This document shows, in pieces, positions 18,782 to 27,667 of a stretch of DNA of 64,000 bases (position 1 is its first letter; the number at the start of each line of letters is the position of its first letter). The DNA lies in assembly GCA_004297205.1 (NCBI GenBank), contig SCUL01000002.1, forward strand, positions 316,594 through 380,593, read 5' to 3'. This DNA comes from Patescibacteria group bacterium (GTDB lineage: Bacteria; Patescibacteriota; Patescibacteriia; 2-12-FULL-57-11). The notes beneath the pieces were generated by a model. That model did no database searches. It saw nothing but the letters and a program-made list of their open reading frames with translations, and was not told the origin of the DNA. A program made the translations under genes and the position numbers.

Positions 18782-18859
18782 GGGGCCGTGGTGTAGCCCG
18801 GTTAACACGTCTCCCTGTCACGGAGAAGACCGAGGGTTCGAATCCCTTCGGCCCCGCCA
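18782..18859 (+). tRNA. tRNA-Asp (anticodon GTC), CCA encoded.
   Basis: Cloverleaf read directly. Acceptor GGGGCCG / CGGCCCC. Anticodon arm TCTCC-CTGTCAC-GGAGA. T-loop TTCGAAT. Terminator hairpin directly downstream (18861-18892). Confidence 0.85.
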
Positions 18860-18987
18860 GAAAAAACCTCGCATAGAGCGAGGTTTTTTCTGCGTAAACA
18901 AAACACTGACGTAGTACTCCTCTTGACGAAGGTATGGGGTGACGGCAGATCAGGTTAAGATGCAGGATCTGGGGAAATCCCTTATCA

Positions 18988-20091
18988 TTGGGAGGCTATA
19001 TGAGGAAAGGAGCGAACGAACTAAAAAGCGTTGAGCTATTCACCGGGGCCGGTGGGTTGGCCATGGGACTTGAGTTGGCCGGTTTCCAACACGAGGCGCT
19101 TATCGAATGGGACCATGACTCTTGCGAGACCATCAGAGAGAACCAGCGACGGGGCTTTGCCTTGGTAAGAGACTGGAAGATATACGAAGGGGACGCCCGC
19201 GCCTTCGATTATAAGAACATCTACTCCCCTGTTCACTTGGTTGCGGGTGGGCCGCCGTGCCAGCCCTTCTCTCTGGCAGGTAAACATGGTGGGTTCAATG
19301 ATTCGAGAGACATGTGGGGCGAGGCGGTTAGGGCGGTAAGAGAATTAAGACCCCAAGCCTTCATTTTTGAGAACGTCAAAGGTTTACTCAGATCGACGTT
19401 CAGCGACTACTTCAAGTATGTGCTCGCCCAATTAGCGAACCCTAGTTTAACAAAGGAACGGAAAAGCTCCTGGATCAAGCACTCCCTTCGGCTGCGGACC
19501 GAGGGCCAGCCCGAATACATTGTTCAGTACAAACTTCTGAACGCGGCTGACTATGGTGTTCCCCAAAAGCGTGAGCGCGTCTTCATTGTTGGATTCAGGG
19601 CAGACCTCGGTATCGATTGGAAGTTCCCCGAGCCGACGCATGTTGGGAAATGGGTCACGGTTCGGCAAGCGATCTCTGACCTACCCGCTGTTTCCCCAAA
19701 GAAACCTCGCAGCAATGTTTCGAACCATCTGTTCCAAGCAGGAGCGAAGTTTTATAAAGGACACACGGGAAGCAAGCTCGATCTACCAGCAAAGACCCTG
19801 AAGGCTGGAACGCACGGTGTGCCGGGCGGTGAAAACATGCTTGTGGACGATAAAGGTCATTGCAGATACTTTTCCGTTAGAGAAGCTGCTCGCCTTCAGT
19901 GTTTCCCTGATGGTTACGTATTTCCAGTATCCTGGTCTGAGAGCATGCGTCAGCTGGGCAACGCGGTTCCGGTACAACTGGGAAAAGTCGTTGGCCAAAG
20001 CGTTGCCGCCGTTCTTAAAAAGTCAGCCGCTACTGATCCACGGGTGATGAGCGAATTCTATGACGGAAGAAAAAAACTACAACCCGCTTGA
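18988..20091 (+). CDS. DNA cytosine-C5 methyltransferase (Dcm-like, Type II M subunit).
   Basis: Motif I LFTGAGG, motif IV GPPCQPFS, motif VI FENVKGL. Confidence 0.85.
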   Translation: MGGYMRKGANELKSVELFTGAGGLAMGLELAGFQHEALIEWDHDSCETIRENQRRGFALVRDWKIYEGDARAFDYKNIYSPVHLVAGGPPCQPFSLAGKHGGFNDSRDMWGEAVRAVRELRPQAFIFENVKGLLRSTFSDYFKYVLAQLANPSLTKERKSSWIKHSLRLRTEGQPEYIVQYKLLNAADYGVPQKRERVFIVGFRADLGIDWKFPEPTHVGKWVTVRQAISDLPAVSPKKPRSNVSNHLFQAGAKFYKGHTGSKLDLPAKTLKAGTHGVPGGENMLVDDKGHCRYFSVREAARLQCFPDGYVFPVSWSESMRQLGNAVPVQLGKVVGQSVAAVLKKSAATDPRVMSEFYDGRKKLQPA

Positions 20092-20665
20092 AAAGAAACA
20101 TATTGGTGAAAGCGTTGTTCGCGCCCTCATGGAGGAGCCGGTTCAATCCCTTGGATTAATTGAACCATTCGATGGGGTGGGTGTGTACGTAATCTACTAC
20201 GTTGGCGAGTTTCCTGCCTACAAGGCAGTCGCCGCCGCGAACTCCGACAAAGAATTCAAACAGCCTATCTACGTGGGCAAAGCTGTTCCGAAGGGGGCAC
20301 GTAAAGGTATTGAAACTCAGATAGATCAAGAACTCTATAAGAGACTGAGCGAACACGGCGAGTCGATCAAGCAGAGCGATAGCCTTGAGATAGCGGACTT
20401 CTTCTGCAGGTATCTTACGGTCGATGATATTTGGATTCCACTTGGTGAGAGCTTGTTGATCGAGATGTACAAACCCGTTTGGAATGTCTTGCTCGACGGG
20501 TTTGGCAACCACGACCCCGGAAGCGGCAGGTACAAACAGATGCGGTCGCGGTGGGACGTCTTGCACCCTGGACGTTCTTGGGCGAACAGGTGCAAGCCAA
20601 GGCAGGAAACTCAAAATGATCTAATCACGCTGACTCGTAAGTACTTGGCTGGTACCAACAAATGA
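20060..20665 (+). CDS. GIY-YIG-family Type II restriction endonuclease-like protein (Eco29kI/NgoMIII-like).
   Basis: GVYVIYYVGE ... PIYVGKA is a GIY-YIG pair with about 20-aa spacing. About 200 aa, located between the C5-MTase and vsr. Overlaps the MTase gene's 3' end. Confidence 0.55.
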   Translation: MTEEKNYNPLEKKHIGESVVRALMEEPVQSLGLIEPFDGVGVYVIYYVGEFPAYKAVAAANSDKEFKQPIYVGKAVPKGARKGIETQIDQELYKRLSEHGESIKQSDSLEIADFFCRYLTVDDIWIPLGESLLIEMYKPVWNVLLDGFGNHDPGSGRYKQMRSRWDVLHPGRSWANRCKPRQETQNDLITLTRKYLAGTNK

Positions 20666-21129
20666 AAGGCCAGCTCGCGAGGCTCGCAAAGAAGGGTAGA
20701 AAGAAGAGGGGCGTCGTTCGTCGTGATCTTCTTTCTCGCAAAGAGAGAAGTTTACGGATGTCCAAGATCCGCAGCAGGGACACCAACTTCGAGAAACTCG
20801 TCATCCCTGCGCTGCGAAAAGCTGGCGTGCGGTTCCGAACCCACTACCGGGGAATTATCGGCACACCAGATATTGTTAACACAAAAAAGAAAGTCGCGAT
20901 CTTCCTAGACAGCGACTTTTGGCACGGTTGGCGGTATCCCGCCTGGAAGAACAACCTCTCGAAATCCTGGAGTAAGAAGATTCTGCAGAACAGACTTAGA
21001 GACCGACGTGTAACTCGTCGTCTAAGGTCCAGCGGCTGGAAGGTGATCAGGGTATGGGAGCATCAACTCGCAACCGACTACGCTGAGACTCTAAGAGATC
21101 TGAAACGAATTCTTGGAACGATAAGCTGA
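20662..21129 (+). CDS. vsr: Very-short-patch repair endonuclease Vsr.
   Basis: MSKIRSRDTNFEKLVIPALRKAGVRFR...PDIV...KKVAIFLDSDFWHGW is a Vsr signature. The true start is probably the internal Met at about 20758. Confidence 0.8.
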   Translation: MKGQLARLAKKGRKKRGVVRRDLLSRKERSLRMSKIRSRDTNFEKLVIPALRKAGVRFRTHYRGIIGTPDIVNTKKKVAIFLDSDFWHGWRYPAWKNNLSKSWSKKILQNRLRDRRVTRRLRSSGWKVIRVWEHQLATDYAETLRDLKRILGTIS

Positions 21130-21153
21130 ACCCTTCCGGCCCCGCCAGAAAAA
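21128..21153 (+). repeat. Direct repeat (about 25 bp) of the tRNA-Asp 3' end (cccttc(c)ggccccgccagaaaaa). Candidate attR of an island integrated at tRNA-Asp.
   Basis: Matches 18839-18865 with 1 indel and 1 mismatch. Lies immediately after the vsr stop. Confidence 0.55.
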
Positions 21154-21274
21154 GCGCTCGTCCTTGCGACGGGCGCTTTTTCTTTTTTTGACCCTCTTCC
21201 GGCCGGCCGGATGTCCGTATTCGTATGATGCCGTTTCGTGGCATATACTTCAGCAGTCGCTGACTAATCAATAA

Positions 21275-21463
21275 TTGATGCTCATTATGAAACAATTTCT
21301 CCTGTACTTTGTTCTCGAATTCATCATCATTTTTGTCGTCGGGTCTGCGGGGTACCTGGTATTACAAGTCCCCTTGAATCTCCCTCAAATTCTTATCTCC
21401 TCTATTACTGCTGGCGCAGTTATCGCTTTTGCTCAGCAAAAGTTGCTGAAGCGCAATGGATAA
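21275..21463 (+). CDS. Possible small two-TM membrane protein (62 aa).
   Basis: AT-rich ORF with two hydrophobic helices, overlapping the tag start. Weak. Confidence 0.3.
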   Translation: MMLIMKQFLLYFVLEFIIIFVVGSAGYLVLQVPLNLPQILISSITAGAVIAFAQQKLLKRNG

Positions 21464-22016
21464 GCCCCGCTGCCCATGGCCTGCCACAGACCCGCTCATG
21501 ATCGCCTACCACGACACGGAGTGGGGCGTGCCGGTGCATGACGGTCAGAAGATCTACGAGTTCCTGGTGCTGGAAACGTTCCAGGCCGGGCTTTCTTGGC
21601 GCACCGTGCTCCACAAACGGGAAAACTTCCGGAAGGCCTTTCACGGCTTCGATGTGGCAAAGGTCGCCCGCATGGACGCCCGCGCCACGCAGAGCCTGCT
21701 CGGTGACGCCGGCATCATCCGCAACCGTCAAAAGATCGCCGCGGCGGTGAACAACGCCCAACGCTTCCTGGAAGTTCAAAAAGAGTTCGGCACGTTTTCC
21801 AAGTACATGTGGACCTGGGTCGGTGGCAAAGCCGTACGCCACGCCTTCAAAACACCCGGCGAGTGTCCGGTGACCACGGACGAGGCTGTTGTGTGGTCGA
21901 AGGATCTCAAGAAGCGCGGCTTCTCATTTCTCGGCCCGACCGTTGTCTACGCGCACATGCAAGCCGTGGGCATGGTGAATGATCACTTGGTGAGCTGCTT
22001 TCGATATGCGCGTTGA
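21456..22016 (+). CDS. tag: DNA-3-methyladenine glycosylase I.
   Basis: CPWPATDPLMIAYHDTEWGVPVHDGQKIYEFLVLETFQAGLSWRTVL...RNRQKI is the Tag family. Terminator ccgcatcagttggtgcgg plus ttttt downstream. Confidence 0.85.
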   Translation: MDKPRCPWPATDPLMIAYHDTEWGVPVHDGQKIYEFLVLETFQAGLSWRTVLHKRENFRKAFHGFDVAKVARMDARATQSLLGDAGIIRNRQKIAAAVNNAQRFLEVQKEFGTFSKYMWTWVGGKAVRHAFKTPGECPVTTDEAVVWSKDLKKRGFSFLGPTVVYAHMQAVGMVNDHLVSCFRYAR

Positions 22017-22456
22017 CCGAACTTTTAATCCGTACGACTCCGCCAAAAAACAGCTCCGCATCAGTTGGTGCGGTTTTTATAGTTATCAACAAACACCCGC
22101 GTTGACAGCTTCGCAAAAACGAGCGTAGCCTTGAAGATGATGAGGCCACGCCCCAACCGAACAACCGGCGGACTGAGGTCTCGATAGGCTGCACTAAGCA
22201 GTCGGTGGCGCTGTCGAACCATCTAAAGAATTTCGTTCGCTTTTATGGCAAAAACAAAGACTTCGACCTACGGAAAGCAACACCAGAAGATCGTTCCCGT
22301 CCGTGGGTACAAGAGGGACGGTAAGAGGATTAAACCTCACCGCCGTTCCACCCCTAACTAATAATTGTAGTTAGGACGTTGACTGCGACCTCCTGTGTAC
22401 GACAGACACACCGGGTCCAAAAAAGCCGCCTCACGCGAGGCGACTTTTTGGACACT

Positions 22457-23212
22457 CTACCTGTTTACACTAAGCTGACAGCCATTTGTTTCTTCTCCAG
22501 TTGTGGGATTCCAACATTTATAAGCAAGTGTGACATTCTCAACCAGCCCCCTTCTGTCCGTAGTCGATAGCGCGATATTGAATGTTACATGGCTGTTTAC
22601 ATTCAAAAGCTTTGACCAATCAGCGATCCTGTAATCCTTCGCTGAAGGATCGAACGGCAGTCCCGGTAGGTAGGAAATCGATTCAAGAGGCAGTAGCGCT
22701 TCCGTGTACTTATCATTGCTACTTGCAAGTATTCCTCTGCCCAGGAGGATGTGACCGCCAAACTCGTGAGGATTCACATAAACACTCTCGTATTTCTGAT
22801 CAAGGGGATGTCCGCTCCGGCTAGCCCGAATGTACAAATATCCGCAAGCCACATCATCCTTTCCTCCAATCTGTACCACCAACTTCACACTTCCAACAAA
22901 CTCGCCGCCTTCGCCGTGGCTAGCGAGATTGTCCGCGAGCTTGAGTGACTGTCCGCGTTTCACCAGATCCTCATATTCAGGAAAGGTCTTGTCGCAAGAG
23001 GGCGGTGCGACAACAACCCTCTCTTCCTTCACCACCTCTCTTACGACTTCTCTAATCTTCCCTTCTTCGGGCGTTGAGACAAACTTCAAAATTGAAGTTG
23101 AGACGACAACAAATAAAACACCAATTACAACGACTGCCAGTAACTGGCCCAACACTTTAAGGAATTTGTTGTCGTCTTTTCCCATAGGAAATGGTTGTAT
23201 ATACCACCACAA
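22457..23212 (-). CDS. Hypothetical membrane-anchored protein (low GC).
   Basis: ORF with N-terminal TM LLAVVVIGVLFVVV. Bidirectional terminator at 22411-22445. Confidence 0.4.
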   Translation of the reverse strand: MWWYIQPFPMGKDDNKFLKVLGQLLAVVVIGVLFVVVSTSILKFVSTPEEGKIREVVREVVKEERVVVAPPSCDKTFPEYEDLVKRGQSLKLADNLASHGEGGEFVGSVKLVVQIGGKDDVACGYLYIRASRSGHPLDQKYESVYVNPHEFGGHILLGRGILASSNDKYTEALLPLESISYLPGLPFDPSAKDYRIADWSKLLNVNSHVTFNIALSTTDRRGLVENVTLAYKCWNPTTGEETNGCQLSVNR

Positions 23213-23546
23213 TTATCAGCAGTAGGGCTGTCATCGAAATCACTAAATAATGTAAGAACGGGGGCCAACCAGCGAGATCATCGAGTAGACTTGCCTGAAC
23301 TTTCAAAATTGAAACGAAACCAGAAAGGATGATGAAGAAAAAAACCATCACTACACCGAAGACGACTGCAGTCAATCCCACATTTGATGAGGGGGAAAGA
23401 ACGGTCACAAGCATGCCAAACCAGCTAAGAAAGCAGGCAGCTGAGACAGCCGCCACAAGCTTTTTCTTCCCCACCCTCATCAACCTTACGTAAGTCGACG
23501 GGATGACCATCTTGAGAACTTTTCTGACCATCGTCAAGGAGTCCAC
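23157..23546 (-). CDS. Hypothetical small membrane protein (3-4 TM helices).
   Basis: Hydrophobic ORF. The start is uncertain because it overlaps the downstream gene. Confidence 0.35.
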   Translation of the reverse strand: MDSLTMVRKVLKMVIPSTYVRLMRVGKKKLVAAVSAACFLSWFGMLVTVLSPSSNVGLTAVVFGVVMVFFFIILSGFVSILKVQASLLDDLAGWPPFLHYLVISMTALLLIIVVVYTTISYGKRRQQIP

Positions 23547-23558
23547 TATTACTCAGTT

Positions 23559-23936
23559 TCACGAGTGCAACGCGATCCGATTCCCCTCCGTGTCCATGAC
23601 CACCGCCATAAACCCATGCTCCGGTGAAATCTGCTTTTTCGGCATCAGCACTTTGCCGCCGGCGGGTTCGACGCGGGCGATCGTGGCATCGATGTCGGGC
23701 GCCGTGAAGTAGATGAGGACGCCGTCCTGGGATGGCTTGTAGAAGTCGGGATGCCGGACGAGCGAACCCATCGCCCCGGTTGCATCCGGTTTGGACGACG
23801 AGAACCACGCCATCTCGAGCGGCCCCAGCTGCTGACGCTGCAATTTCATACCAAGCACCGCCTCGTAGAACACAGTGGCCCGATCCATGTCCGTGACCGG
23901 AATCTCGAACCACCCGACGGGATTGAAGTCAGCCAT
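23559..23936 (-). CDS. VOC/glyoxalase-family protein.
   Basis: GWFEIPVTDMDRATVFYEAVLG ... GGKVLMP...HGFMAVVMDTEGNRIALHS is a typical glyoxalase/bleomycin-resistance fold. Confidence 0.6.
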   Translation of the reverse strand: MADFNPVGWFEIPVTDMDRATVFYEAVLGMKLQRQQLGPLEMAWFSSSKPDATGAMGSLVRHPDFYKPSQDGVLIYFTAPDIDATIARVEPAGGKVLMPKKQISPEHGFMAVVMDTEGNRIALHS

Positions 23937-23943
23937 AGAGCTG

Positions 23944-25422
23944 TTAGCCGCGGAACAATTCCAGCGACAACCGCTTCGGCCCCATGGCGTCGCGCTCCAC
24001 CGAACCCATCACGAACAGCAGGTCGTTCCCCTTTTTGCAGAGTTTGCGCTTCACGGCTTCTTTCACCAGCTGCTTCTTGGCGCGCGTTGCGTCCTTAGTG
24101 GCCGTGAGCAAGATCGGCGTCACGCCCCAGGAGAGTGCGAGCTGCCGGGCAACGCGGGGGCTGAAGGCACCGACCGCGACCGGCACGTCCGGCCGAAAGC
24201 GGGAGAGGCGGCGGCCCATGCGGCCGGAGACGGAGACGGAGAGGATGGCACAGGCCGGCGTCATGCGGGCGAGGGCTGCCGCAGTTTTGGAAATGGCCAT
24301 GCGCGCTTCCGTGGGTTCGACGCCGACAATGTCGATGCGCACGTCGTCGTAGCGGGACTTTTCCGTTTCCTCGGCGGTCTGGGCCATGATCTTCACGGCC
24401 TGCAGCGGGAACGCGCCGGTGGCGGTCTCGCCGGAGAGCATCACGGCGTCGGTGTGGTCGATCACGGCATTAGCCACGTCCGAAACTTCGGCGCGGGTCG
24501 GACGCGGATTGCGGATCATGGAGTCGAGCATCTGCGTGGCCACGATCACCGGCTTGCCTGCCGTCAAGCACTTCTCGATCATGCGCTTCTGATGGACCGG
24601 CACGTCGGCAGCCGGCGTTTCCACGCCGAGGTCGCCGCGCGCCACCATGACGGCGTCGGAGGCGGCCAGGATCTCGTCGAAGTTGTCGAGCGCCTGGGGT
24701 TTTTCGATTTTGGAAATGATCATGATCGGCGCGTCGCGCTTGATGCGCGCCTTGCGCTCTTCGCTCGCGATCAAACGGCGCAACAGTTCGACGTCTTTTG
24801 CCGAGCGGACAAAGCTGAGCGCGATGTAGTCGACGCCGGCGCGCACCCCGAAGGCCACGTCGGCCTTGTCTTTGGGCGTCAGCGCGGGGATGGACAAGGT
24901 CGCCGTCGGGAAGTTCATGCCTTTATGCGACGTCAGCACACCACCGGTGACCACATGGCAGATGATGTCGCGCCCGCTGACCTTCTGGACCATGACTTCC
25001 AGCAAGCCATCGTCGAGCAGCAAACGGTCGCCAGGCTTCACGTCCTCATGCAGCTTTTTGTAGCCGACCGGAATCTTCCCCGCCCCGACGGTTCCCCTAA
25101 CCACTCTTGAGGGTTCGGCGGGGGTCTTCCCGGCCGCGCCCGTGGTGAAGGTCACGGTGCTGCCGTTCACGAGCCGCACACCTTCTTTCGGCAAATCGCC
25201 CACCCGGATCTTCGGCCCCTGGAGGTCCTGGAGAATGGCCACGGTCGTCCCGGCCTTCTTGGCGGCTTGGAGCACGCGGCGCATCAGGCGCGCATGGTCG
25301 GCATGGCTGCCATGGCTGAAGTTGAAGCGCGCCATGTTCATGCCCGCCTTGATCATCTTCTCGAGCATGACCGGCTTCTTCGAAGCCGGGCCGATGGTGC
25401 AGACGATTTTGGTGCGTTTCAT
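23944..25422 (-). CDS. pyk: Pyruvate kinase.
   Basis: MKRTKIVCTIGPAS...MARFNFSHG...KIENQEG-like and MVARGDLG motifs. Confidence 0.9.
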   Translation of the reverse strand: MKRTKIVCTIGPASKKPVMLEKMIKAGMNMARFNFSHGSHADHARLMRRVLQAAKKAGTTVAILQDLQGPKIRVGDLPKEGVRLVNGSTVTFTTGAAGKTPAEPSRVVRGTVGAGKIPVGYKKLHEDVKPGDRLLLDDGLLEVMVQKVSGRDIICHVVTGGVLTSHKGMNFPTATLSIPALTPKDKADVAFGVRAGVDYIALSFVRSAKDVELLRRLIASEERKARIKRDAPIMIISKIEKPQALDNFDEILAASDAVMVARGDLGVETPAADVPVHQKRMIEKCLTAGKPVIVATQMLDSMIRNPRPTRAEVSDVANAVIDHTDAVMLSGETATGAFPLQAVKIMAQTAEETEKSRYDDVRIDIVGVEPTEARMAISKTAAALARMTPACAILSVSVSGRMGRRLSRFRPDVPVAVGAFSPRVARQLALSWGVTPILLTATKDATRAKKQLVKEAVKRKLCKKGNDLLFVMGSVERDAMGPKRLSLELFRG

Positions 25423-25523
25423 AGTGTTGTCATTCTGAGCGGAGCGAAGAATCTCTCCAGGTCCTATTAGGGTTCTTGCAAGAACTGGCAGGATCCTTCA
25501 CTGCCGTTCAGGATGACACCTCC

Positions 25524-26765
25524 TTATTCTTGCGACTTAAGCTCGCTGAGAGTCAGAGTCACGTTGCGTTCCTTGCCTTGGGATTGGACGACGAGCGTGA
25601 TCTGGTCGCCCGACTTCTTGCCGCGGATGAGGGCGGCCAGCGAGCGCTCGGCCGTGACGTCGTTGCCGTCGACGGACAGGATGATGTCGTTCTCCTTGAT
25701 GCCCGCCGTGTCCGCCGGACTGCCGGGAATCACGGCCAATTCCGTCTGCGTTTCGCCGCGGACCACGAGCGCGCCGTGCGTGACGCTCAGGTTGTTGGCT
25801 TTGGCGAACTCCGGCGTGATCAGCACGTAGCGCACGCCGATCCAGGGGCGGACGATGCGGCCGTGTTCGCGCACCGAGGCGACGACGTCTTTGGCGGCAT
25901 TGATGGGGATGGCGAAGCCCACGCCCTGGGCCGAGCGGTTCACGGCGGCGTTGACCCCGACGACTTCTCCGGCCAGGTTCACGAGCGGCCCGCCGGAATT
26001 GCCGGGGTTGATGGCGGCGTCCGTCTGAATCGCTTCCTCGATCACTTCGCTCCCCCCGACCCCGCCGGCGACGATCCTGCGGTTGATGCCGGAGACGATG
26101 CCTTTGGTGACGGTGTTGGCGAGCTCAGAGAGCGCATTGCCGACCGCCACGACCGTCTGCCCGACCCTGAGCGCATCCGAGTCGCCGAGCGCGACCGTCG
26201 GGAAACCTTCACCCTCGATGTCCAAGAGCGCCAGGTCCAAGAGCGGATCGCGGGCCAGGACTTTGCCCTCGAACGTGCGGCCGTCGGAAAGCACCACTTC
26301 GTAGCTGTCGTCGTTGCCGTCCACCACATGCCGGTTGGTGACGATGAGCCCGTCCGCGGACACCAGGAAGCCGGAGCCGCCCCCGATGACGCGCAGCTCC
26401 CGCTCGCCGGTGTCCGGGACGTCCGTTTCCGGTTGCGGTGGGAGATCGCCGAAGAAGTCGTCGAACGGGAACGGCTGGAAGTCCGCGCCCGGCCGGGCCA
26501 TGCGCCGGCTGATGACGATGGAGACGACGGCCGGATTCACTTTTTCGACGACGGCGATGGTTTCCGACTCTTCGATGACGGTGAGCTTCGGTGCCGCGAC
26601 CGGCGCCGACAGTTTGCCGCCCAGACGCGCCAAAAGCGGCCCGGCCAGCAGGTCCGGACGCGAGGCCACGGCGGCCCCGGTGGCGCCGCCCATCACCCCG
26701 CCCACGAAAAAGGAGACGATGACGGCGGTGGCCACGGCGGCGCGGACAGGTCGGTCGGCGAGCAT
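25524..26765 (-). CDS. htrA: HtrA/DegP-family serine protease (trypsin domain plus PDZ).
   Basis: TNRHVVDGN (His), D in the LALLDIEG context, GNSGGPLVN (Ser), and a C-terminal PDZ. N-terminal TM. Confidence 0.8.
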   Translation of the reverse strand: MLADRPVRAAVATAVIVSFFVGGVMGGATGAAVASRPDLLAGPLLARLGGKLSAPVAAPKLTVIEESETIAVVEKVNPAVVSIVISRRMARPGADFQPFPFDDFFGDLPPQPETDVPDTGERELRVIGGGSGFLVSADGLIVTNRHVVDGNDDSYEVVLSDGRTFEGKVLARDPLLDLALLDIEGEGFPTVALGDSDALRVGQTVVAVGNALSELANTVTKGIVSGINRRIVAGGVGGSEVIEEAIQTDAAINPGNSGGPLVNLAGEVVGVNAAVNRSAQGVGFAIPINAAKDVVASVREHGRIVRPWIGVRYVLITPEFAKANNLSVTHGALVVRGETQTELAVIPGSPADTAGIKENDIILSVDGNDVTAERSLAALIRGKKSGDQITLVVQSQGKERNVTLTLSELKSQE

Positions 26766-26766
26766 A

Positions 26767-27069
26767 TTACGATTGCGGGAAATTCACGGAAACGTCGATC
26801 GGGATGCCTGCCTGTCCGGCAGGCAGGTTGATGTTGGAGATGTTGTCGGGAAGCTGCGCCGAAAGTTTTTTCACCTCGCGCAGGATGTACCAGCCGAAAA
26901 CGATGAGCGCGATCACGACGACGATCTGGAACACGATCCGCGTGTACCAGCCGATGTTCATCCAGAACAGGTAGCTGTTGGAGGACTCGGCGGCCTTTTG
27001 CGCGGCCTGGGAGCTCTTCAGGATCTCGTCGAGTTTTTCCTCAAGCGTTTGCTGCCGGTCGACGCGCAT
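26767..27069 (-). CDS. Small hypothetical membrane protein (100 aa).
   Basis: ORF with TM helices. Sits between nrdR and htrA with tight spacing. Confidence 0.4.
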   Translation of the reverse strand: MRVDRQQTLEEKLDEILKSSQAAQKAAESSNSYLFWMNIGWYTRIVFQIVVVIALIVFGWYILREVKKLSAQLPDNISNINLPAGQAGIPIDVSVNFPQS

Positions 27070-27070
27070 A

Positions 27071-27562
27071 CTAGCGTTTCTTTTTCACGGCTTTGGCCTT
27101 CGGCTTCCTGACCGGCGCCATCAGCCGCTTCAATTCGCGCTCGAAGGTTTTCACGTCTTCGAAGGAACGGTAGACCGAGGCGAACCGGATGTAGGCGATC
27201 TTGTCGAACTGCTGCAACCGGTGCATGACGATCTCGCCGATCTCCTTGCTCGTCACCTCGTCCGACTTCAGCTTCTGGACGTCGCGCTCGATCAGGTTCA
27301 CGAGCTTGCGGAAGTCGTCGGCGGTGATGGGCCGCTTCTCAAGCGCGCGGCGCAGTCCCGCTTCCATCTTCTCGCGGCTGTAGGGCTGGCGGCTGCCGTC
27401 GCGCTTCACCACGGCAAGCTCCAGGATTTCCAAGGACTCCAACGTCGAAAAACGGTGGCCGCAGCGCTCGCATTCGCGGCGGCGGCGGATGCTCATGCCG
27501 TCCCCGGACATGCGGGAATCGACGACTTTGGTTTCCGCGGAATTGCAGGCCGGACAGTGCAT
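27071..27562 (-). CDS. nrdR: Transcriptional repressor NrdR.
   Basis: MHCPACNSAETKVVDSRMS...CERCGHRFSTLE is a zinc ribbon, followed by an ATP-cone. Confidence 0.9.
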   Translation of the reverse strand: MHCPACNSAETKVVDSRMSGDGMSIRRRRECERCGHRFSTLESLEILELAVVKRDGSRQPYSREKMEAGLRRALEKRPITADDFRKLVNLIERDVQKLKSDEVTSKEIGEIVMHRLQQFDKIAYIRFASVYRSFEDVKTFERELKRLMAPVRKPKAKAVKKKR

Positions 27563-27667
27563 AACAGCGAAGTCCTTTCGGTTCTTGATTCCTTGCTTGA
27601 GGGTTCGAAAGGGCCCGTACAGTGTACCAAAAACGGGGCGGTCTGGTTACCCGCCCCGTTTGCATCC

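Larger units (their letters stand above)
18860..21153. mobile_element. Candidate integrated genomic islet at tRNA-Asp carrying a Type II R-M module plus vsr. No integrase present.
   Basis: Bounded by the tRNA 3' end and its direct repeat. Lower GC than the flanks. Confidence 0.45.

Noticed and set aside
22090-22400. AT-rich intergenic region with hairpins and short ORFs (21907-22194, 22379-22570) in the low-GC island.
   Set aside because: The ORFs lack coding-like composition or motifs. It could be a decayed gene remnant. There is no support for a specific RNA family.
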